Assembly: GCA_964276515.1 (NCBI GenBank)
Contig: OZ193909.1
Span: forward strand, 16,802,001-16,866,000
Length of the DNA: 64,000 nucleotides
Direction of reading: 5' to 3'
Source of the DNA: Gordius albopunctatus
Taxonomy: Eukaryota
Under the pieces are notes generated by a model. The model was not told where the DNA came from, did not search any database, and worked only from the letters and a program-made list of their open reading frames with translations. The translations under genes and the position numbers were made by a program. Of the stretch, positions 13,635 to 27,224 are shown in pieces; within the stretch, counting starts at the first letter, position 1; each line of letters begins with the position of its first letter.

Positions 13635-14706
13635 AAAGCATATATAAATTATTGTATTACATTTTTTATTAAGTGTTTGTGTAAATTATGATGATGACTA
13701 TAAAATTTGTGTATAGGTACCGGCATTCAACGGTATTATTTCCTTGAATCATTATTCAGCAAAACAATTCACAATTATAATTGTCCCTGTTGTTGATGGT
13801 AAACCCAGGCTAGATTTAAGAATGTCGACCAATACCAAAATAAGTAAAAAAACTATCTATCATACAAATAGATATAATAATACTTATTTGTTGGATGTAA
13901 AATCGTATTTTATTGCATTCTTTTTTTAAAATCTTTTTGTAAATTAACTCGGTAAAGTAATGATGTAACCTCCATGGTTTTCAGGGGGCACAGAGCGTCA
14001 GTTGCCCCCTCAAATCCATTTTAAAAAGTAGTAAGTTGCTTTAAAAATGGCAGAAATCAGATCGTGTTTTTATAAAAGGCACAAACAAATTATGTTAATA
14101 CACAAACGGAATGCGTTTACAGTGGCGAAAATGAGGGGTCTGCTTCTTAATTAATAACTAAATTAAATGGGTTAAAATATTATATTTTAATTACAGCAAA
14201 GACTTTAAGACACTTATAAAAACATCGAAACATAATATATAATACATCCAATTTTTAGATTTAATTTTTGACAAAATGCGTTGTAAAATTTCCAAATATG
14301 ATTGTGAAAATTGCTATAAAAAACTTGTTTGGACATTTATTTCCCTTGAAAACACCAGACAGCCTCAGGAATTAGATAACTAAGCGATTTAATCATTTAT
14401 CTTATTTGTCTGAAAGTTTCTGCTAGAACCCATCACGGTTTGATAACTAAATTGCCTGCCAAGGCCAGCCAGAACCCTTTAATTGTCCAATTCACTAATG
14501 CTGTCTGAACAGCCGGGCCCAAAATGACGATTTTCAATTTCAAGCATTAATTTTGTCTTCTTTTCAAAAAATTTTGATCTGATTCTAGAATTTATATAAA
14601 TATAGAGGTGACAAAAAATAGTATATTATATAAAAAATCGCACTATGGTGCTCACCCAGGCCTACTTAAAAACCTATTTAGAACGGTAGTCTGACCGACC
14701 CCTTAC

Positions 14707-16154
14707 TAGTGGTGGGAAAAAGTTAGGCGTGAGTCACGCCAAGGTCAGGTTAGAGGTTCCTTGAAAACCTCTAACCTCTTTTAAAGCGCTAAAACCTGCC
14801 TCAAGGTTAGAGGTCAAAATTAACCTAAAAACCTCGAGGTCAATTAGAAGCTTAGAGCTTACGTCAGAGCGTAAAATTAACCTAAACGCTTAGGTTAATA
14901 AATATTGACCTAGCCTAAAGGTTTAGATTAATTTAACTCACCTAAGGTCAATTTTCTTTTATATACTGTAAAATTTCAATTCAACTGCGGTCTTTTAGCA
15001 CCTTGTCTGCTATATTTTTTACATATATAATAAATAATAGAAATTTTACAATTTATTCCAATTAAAAGTAAGGCAAATTAAACTAAAAATATAATATAAT
15101 TTTAATCTATTTCAATTCTTTAATTTTTAAGAAAAAATTGCGATTTGGGTTTTTAATACATATCTACCTCTATCGAGTGTTTTATTTTTAATTGCCACCA
15201 TTTTGTAACATATTCGTTTTGTGTGCAATGCCATGTAGCGTGCGTGGCGTGACTGACTGTGACTGATGATAGTTTGCTAATTTTTATTTATTTGCTAAGT
15301 ATTTAAATTATATGCTAAGCATTATTCAAATATATTATGCTAAGTATTTAAATATATGTTAGGTTAATAAATAAAAAATTATCGAAATCATTGCAAATAA
15401 AACTTTGCCCTTTTTATCTTTTTTTAATACTCACCTGTTTGATTAAAATTTCTAGCTTAAAATTAAAAAAATAAGCATTTTAATTAAAAAACTTAGAAGA
15501 TCAAAATAAAAACTTATCAATTTAATGAAAAAAACTAAGAATTTTAAAGTGATGGTAGTCTGTTATGATGATGTTAGTTGCGTCGGGTTAGTTAATAGTG
15601 TTGAGTGGGGCCGTGGGGTCACGCTACATGGCACACAAAAGAAATATGTTACAAAATGGTGGCAATTAAAAATAAAACACTCGATAGAGGTAGGTATGTA
15701 TTAAAAACACAAATCGCAATTTTTTCTTAAAAATTAAAGAATTGAAATAGATTAAAATTATATTATATTTTTAGTTTAATTTGCCTTACTTTTAATTGGA
15801 ATAAATTGTAAAATTTCTATTATTTATTATATATGTAAAAAATATAGCAGACAAGGTGCTAAAAGACCGCAGTTGAATTGAAATTTTACAGTATATAAAA
15901 GAAAATTGACCTTAGGTGAATTAAATTAACCTAAACCTTTAGGCTAGGTCAATATTTATTAACCTAAGCGTTTAGGTTAATTTTACGCTCTGACCTAAGC
16001 TCTAAGCTTCTAATTGACCTCGAGGTTTTTAGGTTAATTTTGACCTCTAACCTTGAGGCAGGTTTTAGCGTTTCTAAAGAGGTCAAGGTTTTTTGGAAAG
16101 CCTAACCTAACCTCTTAGGTTGCGTCGGCAAAACCTGAGGTTTTCCCATCACTA
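14707..16154. mobile_element. Non-autonomous hAT-type foldback element (long palindrome)
   Basis: TIR tagtggtgggaaaa/ttttcccatcacta; perfect 8-bp TSD ccccttac (14699-14706, 16155-16162); internal inverted arms ~14785-15242 and ~15620-16071 around a ~380-bp loop. Confidence 0.85.
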
Positions 16155-18402
16155 CCCCTTACCCTAGTGGGCCCAGCAGCGAGCCCGAATTTTTGGTTGT
16201 TTAATTTTTGCTTTTAATTACAAATAAAATGGAGGGAAATTTTTTTGCCAGATTTCCCACCCCCCTTGTGAAAATCCTCGCTACGCGCCTGGCGTTTTAT
16301 GATTCATTTTTTTTATTGGTTAAACATTTTTTTAAATACCCACTCTTTTATTATCATTTTTACATCTATTTGGGGGCATTCAATTAAAAATCTAAAGATA
16401 CTTCTTAGCATAGCTCATCTACTCAACTAATTTAGAAGAAAGGGGTTGTTATTATCTTCTAAATTATATCATTAACCTACAATTTATTTACTAATTTCTA
16501 ATATACTCAACTAATATTTCACATATAAGCCCGATAAAAAGACTTATATTACCATCAGTTTTTTAATTGCAAGGTATTTCAGTATCGCACCATAATTTGT
16601 ATTTTGACCAGAAACCCATTTTTTTATTTAGGTGCAGATGATTATAAGATTATGAAATGGGAATTAAAGCCCCACAACAAATCACACGCTTATCTTGTAG
16701 TGAATCCAAATAACTATTCATCCAAAAGACATCATTCCACCTTTAATTATACAATTATTAATAATTATGGCTACTACAGGACGCACGAGGTTTATTTTTT
16801 TTATCATATAAGAATCTGCATAACATAACATTACATATTTAATATTTTCATATTTTTAAGAACTCTGGACAAACTTTATTCAAAATTTAAAACTGCCTAG
16901 TGTGCTTTACATTTACTTGAATTTTAAAAAAGCATGTTTTGTAATTGATTAATTGTATGAATTAGTTACGTGTAACCATCCCAAGCATGCAGACAGACTT
17001 TCTACTTGATTGGTTTTAATTTCGGTTGATACTTGACATACACTATTATATCGGCTGTATACATGACAACAGAATAGGTTCAATTTCTCTATTTCCAATA
17101 ATTTATAAATTAAAAGCTTTATTATTTCCCTCAAAGCCCACCTAAGCGTCTATGGTGTCCATTCAAATCCCTCCATTTATTAAGAGTTTTCCACTAAGCT
17201 TATTAGTACGAAAAAAATAATATTTTAAAAAATATGGAGTCTTGTTTTAACTATTGGCTCTAGTTTAAATCAATCTAATTCCACCCGGGGCCAATCTTTT
17301 TCCACCTCGAAATATTTACTTTCATAAACAAAGATGAACCTTTATATACGTGTCCGCGAATTAAATAATAATAATTATAGCTACAATTAATGGGCATCTA
17401 AAAATAAATACCAGAATCCGATTGGTCTACTTTTTAAATAGAATCTATTTTTTTATTTTAATACACAACTAAATCACCGAAATTCGCTCAAGCAAAATTT
17501 TACATTGATCACGATGTTCTATTTCATTGGGCAATGATGAACCGCTGATGAGTCTATAACCGTCATCAACAGGCATTTAGTTTTATTCACTATCATTAAC
17601 TTGAAACACTATTAATTAAAATTTTTGCTTCTTTAAATCTTCCGCCAAATTCCTACTTTTTTTGGTCATTTTAACAATAATTTAAGACCTCAATATTTTT
17701 AGGCTAGTTAATAACTTTAGCCGCTACAATTTAATGCAATAAGAAGACCGTCTGTTCTAGAGATCTGACCGGGCAGGCCCGGCCGCGGATACGGACTGGC
17801 TTTTAATCATAAAAATTTGAATGGGCCGGGCCCGGACGGGCTTAACAATCAATGGAACGGGCTCTGTCGGGCCTGAGATTTTTTAGCGGGCTTGAACGGG
17901 CCAGAGATTATATAAACGGCCATGGAATTATAAAGTTCCTTAAAAGTCGGACAATTCCATAAATATATGATTTTTATTAAATATATAGATTACTAATATC
18001 TCTATTTTTTTAAACTCAAATTTTTGTATATCCTGTAGCTTTCCTTCTTTTTCAAGCGCTAAATTTAACTTTAAAACATTTTTATTCTATCTGGTATCTG
18101 CTATGGTTTTTGTTTACATAATCTAAGATTATAGCTTCGTATAATCTTTTATAAGTAAGTTCAATTTTAAAGTTTAATACTCTCGTGTAATTTTATTAAA
18201 GTTTTTTAATTAAATGGTATTACTGAATTCTAACTTCTTAGGTTTATTAACTTAAATTAATCAAATAAAAGTAAATTGTTGAAAGTGGAATATTCTCATG
18301 TAATATTTTATAGTAATCTAATGGTAGTAGGGGAGACCGGGGCCTAAATAGCCATAAAAAACTCTCTACTACTATTAATCATTTATTATTTTTATAAAGA
18401 GA

Positions 18403-19010
18403 CGTGGGCGTAGCCAGGTTTTGGATTAGGGGGGGAAGGGCAAAACGTAAACTTTTTTTTAATTTTTAAGGGTTTTTGCATTGAAAATTTTTTTTCGCCA
18501 TTTAGGCTGACCCCCCCCCCGGCCAGAGGTTTGAACACGCCAAAAATAAAATCGGGTTCGTGTTCGGTTTTGGCATAAATTTTGAAATCGGGTTCGTGTT
18601 TGGGTTTAAGGAATTGGGTTCGGGTTCAAGAAATTATATTACACTAATAATACATTTTTACCTTCAAAAAAATATTGAATAGTTAACTTAATTTTTAAAT
18701 AGCACCTAATTAAATCAATTATATATATAATACTTACAAATAATTCTTGAGATAATTAGTATTGATTAATGAATGAAAAATGGCGGAAACATAAAAATAT
18801 TGAAATTAAAATCGTATGCTTTTCGTTACATTGTCATGATAGAGAAAACTGAGATATTCAATTCACAGTATATTTTTGAATTAAAAATCGGGTTTTAAGG
18901 CTATTTTTAAAAATGGGTTCGGGTTCGGGTTCTGTTATACATTGGGTTTTACCCGGTTCGGGTTCAGGGATTCGGGTTCGGGACAAATCCCCCCCCTGGC
19001 TTCGCCCATG
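18403..19010. mobile_element. hAT-type MITE with a nested GGGTTC-repeat element (~18523-18990)
   Basis: Outer TIR cgtgggcgtagccagg/cctggcttcgcccatg with perfect TSD taaagaga; the inner insert has many gggttc repeats and sits in the MITE's C-run. Confidence 0.7.
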
Positions 19011-20563
19011 TAAAGAGAATTACATATTTTGTGAAGGTGAGAGATAAATAAATGTAAAAATTAAGAAGCGTAAATATTGGGAAAACATTTTGCTATGGCT
19101 AATGAATTATATATACAGATAGTTATGCCGATGTTCTGTCGTATTATAAAAAACGATTCGCGATTATCATGGGATAGTAATGAGATTTGTTTCCCTATTT
19201 TTGTTGAAAAGTTGTATGAAAATACCTGCCAGCGCCATTTATATAAATATAAAACTGCTCATTAATCATTGAAAAATAACTTGAAGTCTAATAAATTAAA
19301 TTAATTGTTACATGATTCTCTAATTCAGTTAGTATCCGGCATAGGGTTAAAATCATAAATAAAATTTATTATAATCGCGCAATTAAATGAAAGGTTTTTA
19401 TGGTTTTACTAAGATTTTAACTTTTAAAGTATAGAAAATAACGGATTTTTCGCTAATCTTCGCGGTCTCCATGCAATAAATATTTAAAATGAAAAATATT
19501 TTGATTTATTTTAGGACTACAATACACTTATCCCTTTGCCAGATTACCACGAATTTTACAGCATTGACTTTACCAGCACTCAGTATCCCGTTCACCACCA
19601 AAACCTGCTATTATTTCGACCAAGTATGACTAAAATGATATAATCAAAATAAAAATTGATACTACCGTGGCCTATGTATTGACCCTTGTTGTTAAATAAC
19701 AAAACAAAAAACTTTGGATCTTTCCTGATTGGTTGCAAACCTTAAAATATTTATATCCCTGATAATTTTAGAAAGTAAAAGGTCTTTTTACAATGAAAAT
19801 ACAATTTAAACTCATCTACTAGATATTTTATAGTTTTAATAAAGGATGTCGTATTTTTAAGTCATCGAAATTTTAAAACAATCTAAGCCATATTAGTGTT
19901 GTTGATGTTTTAATGTTAAAAGTCTAAAAAAGTCTTTACAACTAAGTCTAATCAAATGTTAGTAAACAATTTAATCATAAACCCTTGCATTCTTAGTTAT
20001 AAATAATAATAAGTACATTTTACACCTCAACAAATTTCCCTGTATATAAGATGAGTTATGCTGTTTTATAGTAAGGACGGAGATATTTCAATAAAAAATG
20101 CTGAGTAGATTTTTAGTTACATATTTGGTTTTATTAGATAAAAGTGTTGTTGCCGATGCCTTAATTAATACCTACGTCTCAGCCAAGGAGGAATTTATGC
20201 TAGTTTCCGAATATATGGTGGATCATAGCAAACAATTTGTGCCAAGGAAGTACAAAACTTATACAGATTCTATCGAATATTATATTGAAAGTTAAGGAGA
20301 ATGCATATAATATGATTACATTAAATTATCCGTTGACTGTAGGCGATTTTCGATTTTTAAAATAAAATATTCATATTGATACTCTATAATAAATGTGGGT
20401 AAATAAAGCAAAAAAAACAACAATGTTTAACTGCGAAGATATTTAACGCGGTCATTCACGGCCACTATATGATTATGAGTATTGATTTCGTAGCTAGCCA
20501 AAATTTGAAAAGTATTTTAATTGTTATATAAATAAATGGGTTAAATTTATTATAGGATAGCTT

Positions 20564-20734
20564 CATGGGCGTAGCAGCCAGCATTGGAATTACAGGGAGG
20601 CAATAATAATTTAAGGAGGGGCAAAATGATCATTTTTTGAAATTTCGCCATATTTTAAATAAATTTCAACATATTTTTGGATTTAGAGGGGGGCAGCCGC
20701 TTGTCCCTGACCCCCCCCCCTGACTACGCCCATG
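20564..20734. mobile_element. hAT-type MITE (CATGGGCGTAG family)
   Basis: catgggcgtag...ctacgcccatg; TSD gatagctt/aatagttt. Confidence 0.7.
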
Positions 20735-22406
20735 AATAGTTTCATAAAAGATTTTAAGTCACCTACAAACACTTGGAAAGATAATTTTCATTGTTTAAAT
20801 AAAATTTTAGACAAAATCTTATCCCCCATCATTATAAGATTTTTGATTAAGATTGTGCAAATTGCTATGAAAAGAAAGTTGATTCGGACATCCCCGTGAA
20901 AACACCAGACCCTCCCAATAGTGATGGGAAAAACCTAAGTTTTGCTAGCCTAACCTTATAGCATAGTTTCAGACTTGATTAAGTCTTTTTTAAAACTATT
21001 GGTTAGGTTTTTAAAAACCTTCAAAGTCTAATTGGCGCGCTAACCTATATAGATAGGCATTAAATATCTCAAAATCAACCTAAAACCTTAGGTTAATATT
21101 TTAGAGAAACCTGAGAGCTAGTGGTGTTAAATTGCTTACTTGCTTCAACTCCACACGAGAGCACGCATAATGCTCGCTCGTTAGCACAATGAGTGCTCAT
21201 GCTCACTGTTCGGTGCACTAGGCAAAACAATAGCAATTAAAAATGCTCGAGAGGCGAGTCGAAGCAGCAAAATCTGTTGAAGCATTGAGCAGATTGCCCG
21301 AGCATTAAACTCGATCAGATAGCAGATTCAATAGAAGCAATTGCTATGAGTTAGTAACTTTAAATATTTGCTCATATTATTATATATCATAAATAAATTA
21401 AGAACTTTGCCCCCTCCCTTTTTTGTCCCGTTGGTTTCCTTCCTATAGCCCCTTTTTTAACCCTCTTTTTCACCCGAGGGGGGGGGGTTTCTCCTTACCC
21501 TCTTTTTCACACGGGCCCCCCTTTTTTACCCTCTCCCGGTGAGTGATAGCTGATAGGGTAATAAGGGGAGGGGGCAAATAACCCCCCCTCGCTATAATAA
21601 CCAAAATTCTGATTTACTGCTTTGTGAATTTCGTTTGCCATTTGTCTAGGTTGTTGCTTTATAATGGATGAATGCGAACTGGTTAAATGATTCTCCGCAA
21701 GACTATTGCTTACTTCTACTTTATCTGACCCCGGCCAAAGGCCAATATTCATTTTTATTTTTGTGCCTGCAGGTTTTGGCATTTATGGTTTCTTAGCTTC
21801 AAATATGAAAAAAATAAATTTCGTGGTTGAAATCAAATAACAATGGCCGCTGGCTGATTTTAACTTTTTTAGACCTCGCCCGAGCCCAAGATCCATTATT
21901 GTTTATGGGCTCGACTTACCTTTACATATAAATTTTATTTAGCAATTTGTTTAGGTTGTGCCTTTATAACGGATGAATGCGGAATTGGCTATATAATTCC
22001 CTGCAAATTAATGCTGAGTTGCTTTCTTTAATTGCTATTAATTTTGTTTCTTATTTTCGTTAATCTTTTTTTCATTTCTTTCTTCTGATCCCGGCTCGGA
22101 GCCAAACTTTATTGACTACCCAATTTTTTGGTCGGTTTATATTTATTTTTAATTACAAATAAAATAGGTTTAAAATTATTCTGGCAACTTCCCGGCCCCC
22201 CCCCCCCACCTTGAGAAAATCCTGGCTTCGCGCCTGGTCCTTGATTATTATAAGAAGCTTTAATAATAGGTATTTTTAATGTGAAAACGTAAGGAGTTCA
22301 CGATTATAGTAGCGATAAAAATTTTTAGAACCTTAAAAATAAATTTTTATATTATTTTATTTAGGGGTAGCCCTATAATATCTCATACCGTTTGGTGTGC
22401 CTTAAC

Positions 22407-22832
22407 CATAGACTAGATAGACTGCTCATGCCATATGTTGCATATGGTTAATTGCGTGTCAAATTTTCCTCCATTTTGAAGAGGACAACTGGTGTATTTT
22501 AACCATGTAATTTTGCCCTATAACAGTCAATTTACCTTCCTCACTAGTTTATAAATTAAAATCAATAAATTAATATTATACAAAATAGCAATTAATATTG
22601 ATGGCGCTATATTAATAAACAAACTTTAATCGAATTTTTTACATTTTTAATTATGATGTTATTAATATCTACCCAATTCAATATTTTTTTATTTACCTTT
22701 TTAAGATGATTTAATTTGCGAAAATTACGAATTTCTATATGATCACCAGTCACCACTTTACAATGTGCCTTTCAAGATGGAGGAAAAAGGGTACACATTT
22801 TGTGCGTTGATGAGCAGTCTATCTAGTCTATG
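22407..22832. mobile_element. P-superfamily-like MITE
   Basis: Perfect TIR catagactagatagactgctcat/atgagcagtctatctagtctatg; perfect 8-bp TSD gccttaac; CAT...ATG termini. Confidence 0.75.
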
Positions 22833-23310
22833 GCCTTAACTTAACTCATAAAACCCTTTGCAATAGCATTGACAAAATCTTATATCCACAATTTCTAAAT
22901 TTCTCCAAATTAATTATTGTCTTTATACGGTTGTAGTAGATTTTTTAGATTGTGACCCATTATTGTAATTCTAAATTTTAAAGATTATGCATTGATTTGA
23001 AATTCTAAAGTGCATTTGTTTGTAACATTAAATATAATTTTGTTTTGGGTATGGCTATCTACATCTAAGTGTAACCGTTTAAGTGACAAGCCTCAATCTC
23101 GTCTCGACAAAAATTCGTCACCACTTCAAAAAAATTACTTCAACAAATAAATTTGCCCCTCCACTATTTGAATTAGGTATTATTTAAATGACAAATTAAA
23201 AGAAAACAAAAATGACAAAGGTTTTATTTAAAAAACAAACTTGATCATTACTTTAACCGACAATATAAGGATATTTTTCATAGACAAAGATAGTTATTAA
23301 TAGTTAAATT

Positions 23311-24522
23311 AAAAACTCGGGCCTTCGGCCCTCGTGGGAAGGGGGAACGAAACTCATCTATACTCCGTATAAACGAAGCATATTTGCTATGCAATTTATG
23401 GGCGAGAAAGGTCGGAAGAGGCAGAAATGCCTATAGAGGGGTATTAAATGCAAAATGATTGGTTAATTATTTATGCAAATTTTCCATTTAATTAAAAAAA
23501 TTGCCCTCGCCGGGATTCGAACCCACATTAAATAGAGGCATAAGCCTTTGTAGCACAGGGACCCATATCAATAGAGGCATAGACCCTTGTAGGGGAGTGC
23601 ATAGGGAAATTATCAATGTTAACCTATTCAAAAACGAAAAACGAAAAATTTGGATTTATTTAGCTAATGGTCATTTTTCATTAGTCAGTAGCCTGCGGAC
23701 GGTCAAAAAGTCATATTATCCATGGTATTAACAAGTACATAATATGAATTTAATTTTAAAAAAAATAAAAAAATTTTGTCCTCTCCAGGTCTCGATCCTA
23801 AACCTGCAAGTCAGTAAGCTGTTCGCTATAACCACTCATACCATGCTGGTATTAAAATTGTAGAATTTTTTATGTTATTTATATAGATAATGAAATAATA
23901 AAATTGTTTTTTATATTTATTATATAATAAAATGAAACAATAATAGAAAATCAATATATTATAGATAATTTAACAAAAATTGAGGGATTCAAATCTTTAA
24001 CGAATTTTGGGTGAACCGCAAATTTTTTGTCTAAAAACATTTTGGTGACCCAAGCAATTGTATTAGATGCTTCGTAATCTTTCAAATCCTTAAAATCTTG
24101 ATGCATCTCTGGGGGGGGGATGTCGACGTTTCAGATCATTACAACGGTCTATAAATACATACGAGTCAAAAAAAACGAAAATTGGCCAATGGTCATTTTT
24201 TTCCATTGGTCAGTACCCAGAGATGGTCTATAAATACATAAGAGTCAAAAAAAACATAAAAAAATTTCAATCACAATTTGGCCAATGGTCATTTTTTTCA
24301 TTGGCAAGTAGCAAGCGGAAGGTCAAAAAGTCCTAGTATCAATGGTATTAACAAGAACAATAAATATTAAAAAAATTGCATAGCAATTAATTTAATTAAA
24401 AAAATTTTTTGTCCTCTCCGGGTCTCGATCCCCAACCTTGCAAGTCGGGAAGCTGGTGTAAATAACTTGGTGGACGACGGACGGACAACAAAAAACGAGC
24501 CCATAAATTGCATAGCAATTAA
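23311..24522 (-). mobile_element. DINE-1/HINE-like non-autonomous Helentron element, longer copy
   Basis: Terminal hairpin gggccttcggccc (23319-23331); subterminal IRs at 23384-23403 and 24499-24518; GGAC microsatellite; internal repeats; tRNA-like segments. Confidence 0.65.
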
Positions 24523-25401
24523 TAAATATAGCAGTTTCTATAATATCAAATTATTAAATTTATATGTTTCTGCTAAATAGAAACTGACATATTAACCTGT
24601 AAGTTTACATATATATTATAGTCAGTTACATATTTGAGCTAGCTGACCTTTAATATTGGCGGATGATAAAAGTAAGGCTTTGATGTAATATTTCAAGGCA
24701 AGAGTTTCAGGCCTTTGTGATAACCACCATCAATTATAGCCTAACATATCTATGAATAACATTAACAATTCCCGAAAATATATCTATGAAGAACATTAAT
24801 TATGAGGGTAAAAATCTTTTTAAATATTTATTGCATGTTTATTATAACGTTATAAAAATCACATAGGTGTCACAGGATATTTTTATCATCATTTATAGCA
24901 TATTTAATTGGCTAAATATTTAAACGTTCTAAAATCAAAGGTTATAACAGACATAGGAACACCAGAGTGTTGAGATTTTTATTAAATTGCAGTTATTTTA
25001 TAACAAAAACGTTTATAGTTAAAACCATTTTATAATCCAAAATATTTACTTAATCCATTTTAAATATTTTTCAATAAAATTAACCAGGTCTGGTATAAAA
25101 AATAAAGAAAGTCATTATAAATAAGTAACTTGGTCAGTTACGTTGCACAACTATATAATATAAACTTTAGATCTAAAATATTTCTTTTCCATAAAAATTC
25201 CACCCCCTTATGTACGGCACTGCAATAACATTTGTTAATAAATCTTATGCGCATATTTGCCACTTTTAAGGAAAATGCATTTTCAATATTTTAAAAGGTA
25301 ATGTAGAAGGCTTAATGAATGTCATGATGTGATTTTTCGTTCGACTATTTTACTTGTCTATTCATGATTTAATTTTTTAGGTTTTTGTATAGTAGAACAA
25401 T

Positions 25402-25568
25402 CATGGGCGTAGCCAGGTTTTGGATTAGGTGGGGGGGGGGGGCAAAACGTTTAAAAGTTTGATTAGGGAGGAGAAAAACATAATTTTTTTAATTTTTAAG
25501 GCTTTTTGAATTGAAATTTTTTTCCATCTTTCCCCCGCCCCCATGTCCCCCTTCTGGATACGCCCATG
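25402..25568. mobile_element. hAT-type MITE (CATGGGCGTAGCCAG family)
   Basis: catgggcgtagccag...ctggatacgcccatg. Confidence 0.7.
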
Positions 25569-25783
25569 TTAGGCAGGTCAAGGTGTTGCTGGTCTGTCTA
25601 GAAAATCTCAAATCATTGCCCCCAAATTAAATATTTTGCTTAATTCGGGATAAATTTAAAATTCAGGATTTAAAATGTGTTAGTTATATACTATTTCATC
25701 TAAACTCATTTAGTACTTTTATGATAAAATAATGTTGTGGATATAAATATATGATAAATACATTATTTAATAGAGCCAAGGCC

Positions 25784-27224
25784 TAGTGATGCGGAAAAAC
25801 CGAGAAAAATCTCGGTGAGACGAGAATTCAAAAGATGGAGTCGAGATCGAGACGAGAATTTTGATGTCGAGACGAGATTTTATCGGCGAGATCTCGACTT
25901 TTTTATCGTTATATTTTAGTAAATTATTGTTTATTTTAATTTGCATGATTTACATTTAAGGTATTAAGTGTAAATCAATACGTATGGAATATATTTGACA
26001 TTAAAAAAATTCCTGTAAATATTATATTTTTTGCAGGATTTACCTAAGTATGGTTGACCCTTAGGGTATGTGAATAATTTTATAATATCTTTATCACATG
26101 ATTAAATGCATAGCATTACTAAATATTACAAAATTATAGGCTTAGAATGAGTTCTGATTGAATAGTAAATATATAAACAAAGAATATTTATATTTCGCAG
26201 TTATTCATCCTGCATAATGCGGTAATTATAAATTGGTGGTCAATCAGCTTGAATAATTAAACTAGTTAAGCTAAGGTGACTCGAAATTTTTTAGCACCCG
26301 CTTAACGATTTCAAAAGTACAATAGATTATTTAATGACACCGCAATAGATTAATTCTAAGCATGAGTTTTCTAGAAGTTTTATGCTTCAACTATATTCGA
26401 TAAATATCTATTTAATGTCAAAGTTAGTTAGAATTGGAAGATAATTATTTGGAATATAAATTTGATTTTAATGATTTTTGGCATAAATTTAAATACGTGC
26501 AATTTAGAGTTTAAAACCTCATATTCCTAATCCTATAATAATGCTGCTTTTATTGTTGTTTCTATTCGTTTTTATATGTGCATCTAGTTATCAATTCTGT
26601 AAATAATAATATTATCCATTAAAAGTCACTCGCACATTGTGGTTTATAACGCTATAGTAAACATGCAATGAACACTATGGGCTATAATTAATAATGGTAC
26701 TAATGGACTTCAATGTTTGCCTTAAGTATGTTAAGGTCTACTTTGAAGCTTTAGCCAGGGTTAATAAAGGGTCTCAATTTGCTAAATTGTGCAACTAAGT
26801 CAACTATAACCGAAATTTATTATTGTCTAAGTCTATATAGTTGACAAACACGGTGATTTGATACAAACGTTATAATTTGCTAGAACAATAAAATTTAATT
26901 TTCTATACTTCAAATTTATTTATAGTATTTTAGTCTGCACTTTCCATAGAAAATGTTATTTTTTTGAATGAATTCATATCTTTATATTGTCAATGAGATG
27001 TCGTGTCCCGCTAAATCTTTAAAAAGTTTGTGTATTAAAGTTTATCAAAAAATATAAAAATTTGAAAACTTATTTAATATTTTTAATAAAACAGAGAAAT
27101 TTTTATTCCGTATATATTTTTTTTAAAAAGTCGAGACGAGACGAGATTGAGATTTTCATAATCGCTGCCTAGACGAAACGAGATTTTGTTTACGAAACCG
27201 AGACGAGACGAGATCGAAACACTA
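25784..27224. mobile_element. Non-autonomous hAT element with GAGAC subterminal repeats
   Basis: tagtg...cacta termini; perfect 8-bp TSD ccaaggcc; clusters of cgagacgaga at both ends. Confidence 0.8.

Larger units (their letters stand above)
12531..19643 (+). pseudogene. Multi-exon orphan gene or pseudogene of unknown family
   Basis: Chain of phase-consistent GT-AG exons: 12531-12572, 12815-12924, 12970-13107, 13247-13270, 13313-13428, 13717-13843, 16436-16573, 16632-16789, 19515-19643. In-frame stops occur only in the two 138-nt exons. No recognisable domain. Confidence 0.45.

Noticed and set aside
12970..16573. Stop-codon reassignment to explain in-frame TAA/TGA in the orphan gene
   Set aside because: Conserved genes in the window use TAA, TGA and TAG as normal stops.
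18550..18985. CRISPR-like or telomere-like short repeats (gggttc; also gaacgcgttc and cgaga clusters)
   Set aside because: Irregular subterminal repeats of hAT elements in a eukaryotic context; no regular spacers or cas genes.
23777..23852. tRNA gene
   Set aside because: A/B-box-like motifs are present, but I could not fold a convincing cloverleaf and it lies inside a repeat.
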